A DNA stretch of 34,032 nt from NCBI GenBank assembly GCA_019241805.1, contig JAFAWL010000403.1:1-34032 (forward strand), given 5' to 3'. The translations under genes were made by a program, and so were the position numbers. The stretch comes from Actinomycetota bacterium (GTDB lineage: Bacteria; Actinomycetota; Actinomycetes; Mycobacteriales; Jatrophihabitantaceae). Position 1 is the stretch's first letter; each line of letters begins with the position of its first letter. The notes under the pieces were generated by a model. It was not told the DNA's origin. It did not search any database and saw only the letters and a program-made list of their open reading frames with translations. Positions 32,515 to 34,032 of the stretch are shown here, piece after piece.

Positions 32515-32757
32515 TCAGTGGGTCTGGATATAGGTGACGGCGTCGCCCACGGTCTTGAGCTTGGGCAATTCGTCATCGGGGATCTTTACCCCGAACTTGT
32601 CCTCGGCCGCCATGGCCACCTCGACCATCGACAACGAGTCGACGTCCAGGTCGTCGGTGAACGACTTCTCGTCACTCACGTCCTCGGTATTGACGTCCGC
32701 GACGTCGTTGAGGATCTCGGCCAGCCCGGCGCGGATCTCCTCAGCACTTGCAGCCAC
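32515..32757 (-). CDS. acpP: acyl carrier protein
   Basis: FTDDLDVDSLSMVEVAMAAEDKFGVKIPDDE contains the DSL phosphopantetheine site. GTG 32757 follows GGAAGGA. 80 aa. Confidence 0.95.
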   Translation of the reverse strand: MAASAEEIRAGLAEILNDVADVNTEDVSDEKSFTDDLDVDSLSMVEVAMAAEDKFGVKIPDDELPKLKTVGDAVTYIQTH

Positions 32758-32828
32758 GTCAGTGTTCCTTCCTGTTGGTGGTACGACAGCGCGGGGCCGG
32801 CTGGCAGCGCGTCGATTGTGTACGTCGA

Positions 32829-33797
32829 CTACGGAGTGAGTACGACCTGCCCGGCATAGGCGAGACCGGAGCCGAAGCCGAGCAGGAGGACCGGCGAGCC
32901 CGAAGGGATCTCGCCGGCCTCGACCAGCCGTGACAGAGCAAGCGGAATCGTGGCCGCCGAGGTGTTGCCGGAGGTCACGATGTCTCGTGCGATCACCGCG
33001 TGAGCGGCGCCGAGACGCTTCGCGATCGCTTCGATGATCCGCAGGTTGGCCTGATGCGGCACGAACGCCGCCAACTCGTCCGGTTTCACGCCGGCCCGCT
33101 CGCAGGCTTCTAGCGCGACCGGCGCCATCCGCGAGGTCGCCCAGCGGTAGACGGCCTGTCCTTCCTGACGGAAGTGATTCGTCTGCTCGTCGATGGCGAC
33201 GGCGTCGAACTGTTCGCCGTCGCTGCCCCAAACGATCGGGCCCATCGCGACGTCATCGGACGGGCCGACGACCGCGGCCCCCGCGCCGTCGCCGAGGATG
33301 ATGCACGTCGAGCGATCCTGGAAGTCGAGCCAGCCGGAAAAGCGCTCCGAGGCGACGACGAGCGCGTTGCGGGCCGACCCGTTCTGTACGAGAGCCGACG
33401 CCGTGCTCAATGCGTACATGAATCCCGAACATCCGGAATTGATGTCGAACGCTCCCGGTGCGTCGATGCCCAGCCGCCAGGCCAACTGCGGCGCCGCAGC
33501 CGGTACGGGCGTCGGCATGGTGCAGGTCGCCACCAACACCAGGTCGATATCGGCCGTGGTGAGCTCGCTGGCATCCAACGCGTTCTGCGCCGCCGCCTGA
33601 GCCATGTCGACGATCGTTTCGCCTTCGGCGGCGAAGCGGCGTTCGGTGATCCCGACGCGGGTTCGTATCCACTCGTCGTTGGTGTCGACGCCCCGAGCGA
33701 TCAAGTCTTCGTTCGTCACCACCGTCTCGGGCCGGTAGTGGCCCAAGCCGAGCAGGCGAGTGCTACGACTCGGCGTAGCCGGTTGTCGAATCGACAT
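32829..33797 (-). CDS. fabH: beta-ketoacyl-ACP synthase III
   Basis: GLGHYRPE...DINSGCSGFMYAL (Cys)...VPHQANLRI (His)...GNTSAATIP (Asn)...GFGSGL. Confidence 0.95.
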   Translation of the reverse strand: MSIRQPATPSRSTRLLGLGHYRPETVVTNEDLIARGVDTNDEWIRTRVGITERRFAAEGETIVDMAQAAAQNALDASELTTADIDLVLVATCTMPTPVPAAAPQLAWRLGIDAPGAFDINSGCSGFMYALSTASALVQNGSARNALVVASERFSGWLDFQDRSTCIILGDGAGAAVVGPSDDVAMGPIVWGSDGEQFDAVAIDEQTNHFRQEGQAVYRWATSRMAPVALEACERAGVKPDELAAFVPHQANLRIIEAIAKRLGAAHAVIARDIVTSGNTSAATIPLALSRLVEAGEIPSGSPVLLLGFGSGLAYAGQVVLTP

Positions 33798-33950
33798 CAG
33801 CGCTTCGGTTCCCTTCGCCTGTCAGGTCTCGGACCGGCCCTACCGGCCGGCGCGCGTACTGCGTTCGACACAGATCGTCGCACCTGGCCGATCCGGCCCG
33901 AGCCGCACGGTGGATCCGCCACGCCCATACGTCGACCGCGTCACCGCGCC

Positions 33951-34032
33951 GGAGTCGCGATCTCGCCGGCGGCGTCGTCGGCCTCGATCAAGGCGGCGGC
34001 CGCCTCGAGGTCGGCCGGCGCCTTTATGGCAA
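33951..34032 (-). CDS. fabD: malonyl CoA-ACP transacylase, 3' end only (gene runs off the window)
   Basis: The minus frame reads ..AIKAPADLEAAAALIEADDAAGEIATPAR*. Its position directly upstream of fabH-acpP-fabF and the ..K.P.DLE.. tail are typical of FabD. Only 26 codons are visible. Confidence 0.5.

Noticed and set aside
1-34032. tRNA, rRNA, tmRNA, RNase P, IS elements and integrases
   Set aside because: I scanned the intergenic regions for T-loop (GGTTCGAATCC-like) and anticodon-arm patterns, terminal inverted repeats and transposase or integrase motifs in the ORF translations, and found none. The only mobile-element trace is the HNH relic at 576-731.

Overview
Very GC-rich window (about 70% by eye). 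Gene content points to an actinobacterium: mycothiol-dependent formaldehyde dehydrogenase, two F420-type enzymes, a Streptomyces-style fabD-fabH-acpP-fabF operon, and apparently leaderless genes. I support about 36 protein-coding genes or candidate ORFs plus 2 gene relics. They include xthA, sugE/gdx-P450-glutathione peroxidase, kdpDE, phosphatidylcholine synthase, a SigG-type ECF sigma factor, marR-MFS, a YbdK-type carboxylate-amine ligase, hrpA, a sirtuin with a coupled Nudix-like gene, acyl-ACP desaturase, mscR and the fab operon. I found no tRNA, rRNA, CRISPR array, intact mobile element, defence island or biosynthetic cluster. This reads as ordinary core chromosome, and I do not claim a new multi-gene system. 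Points worth a second look: (1) the ECF sigma gene has its conserved region 2.1 upstream of any ATG/GTG/TTG and joins the preceding VOC gene by a CTGA overlap; (2) nine short tandem repeat arrays lie in 34 kb, several in-frame at protein termini and several re-copying stop codons; (3) two decayed genes are present, a TetR C-terminal relic with an in-frame TAG and an HNH/REP13E12-type relic, and a third HTH gene looks frameshifted; (4) a sirtuin is coupled through ATGA to a Nudix-fold gene with a degenerate Nudix box; (5) a 396-bp structured convergent spacer has lower GC; (6) a 35-codon ORF is ATGA-coupled to desA. All family calls come from reading motifs by eye, with no searches run. Many long ORFs in the supplied track are antisense or 5'-extended artefacts of high GC, so I re-set starts using RBS and overlap evidence.
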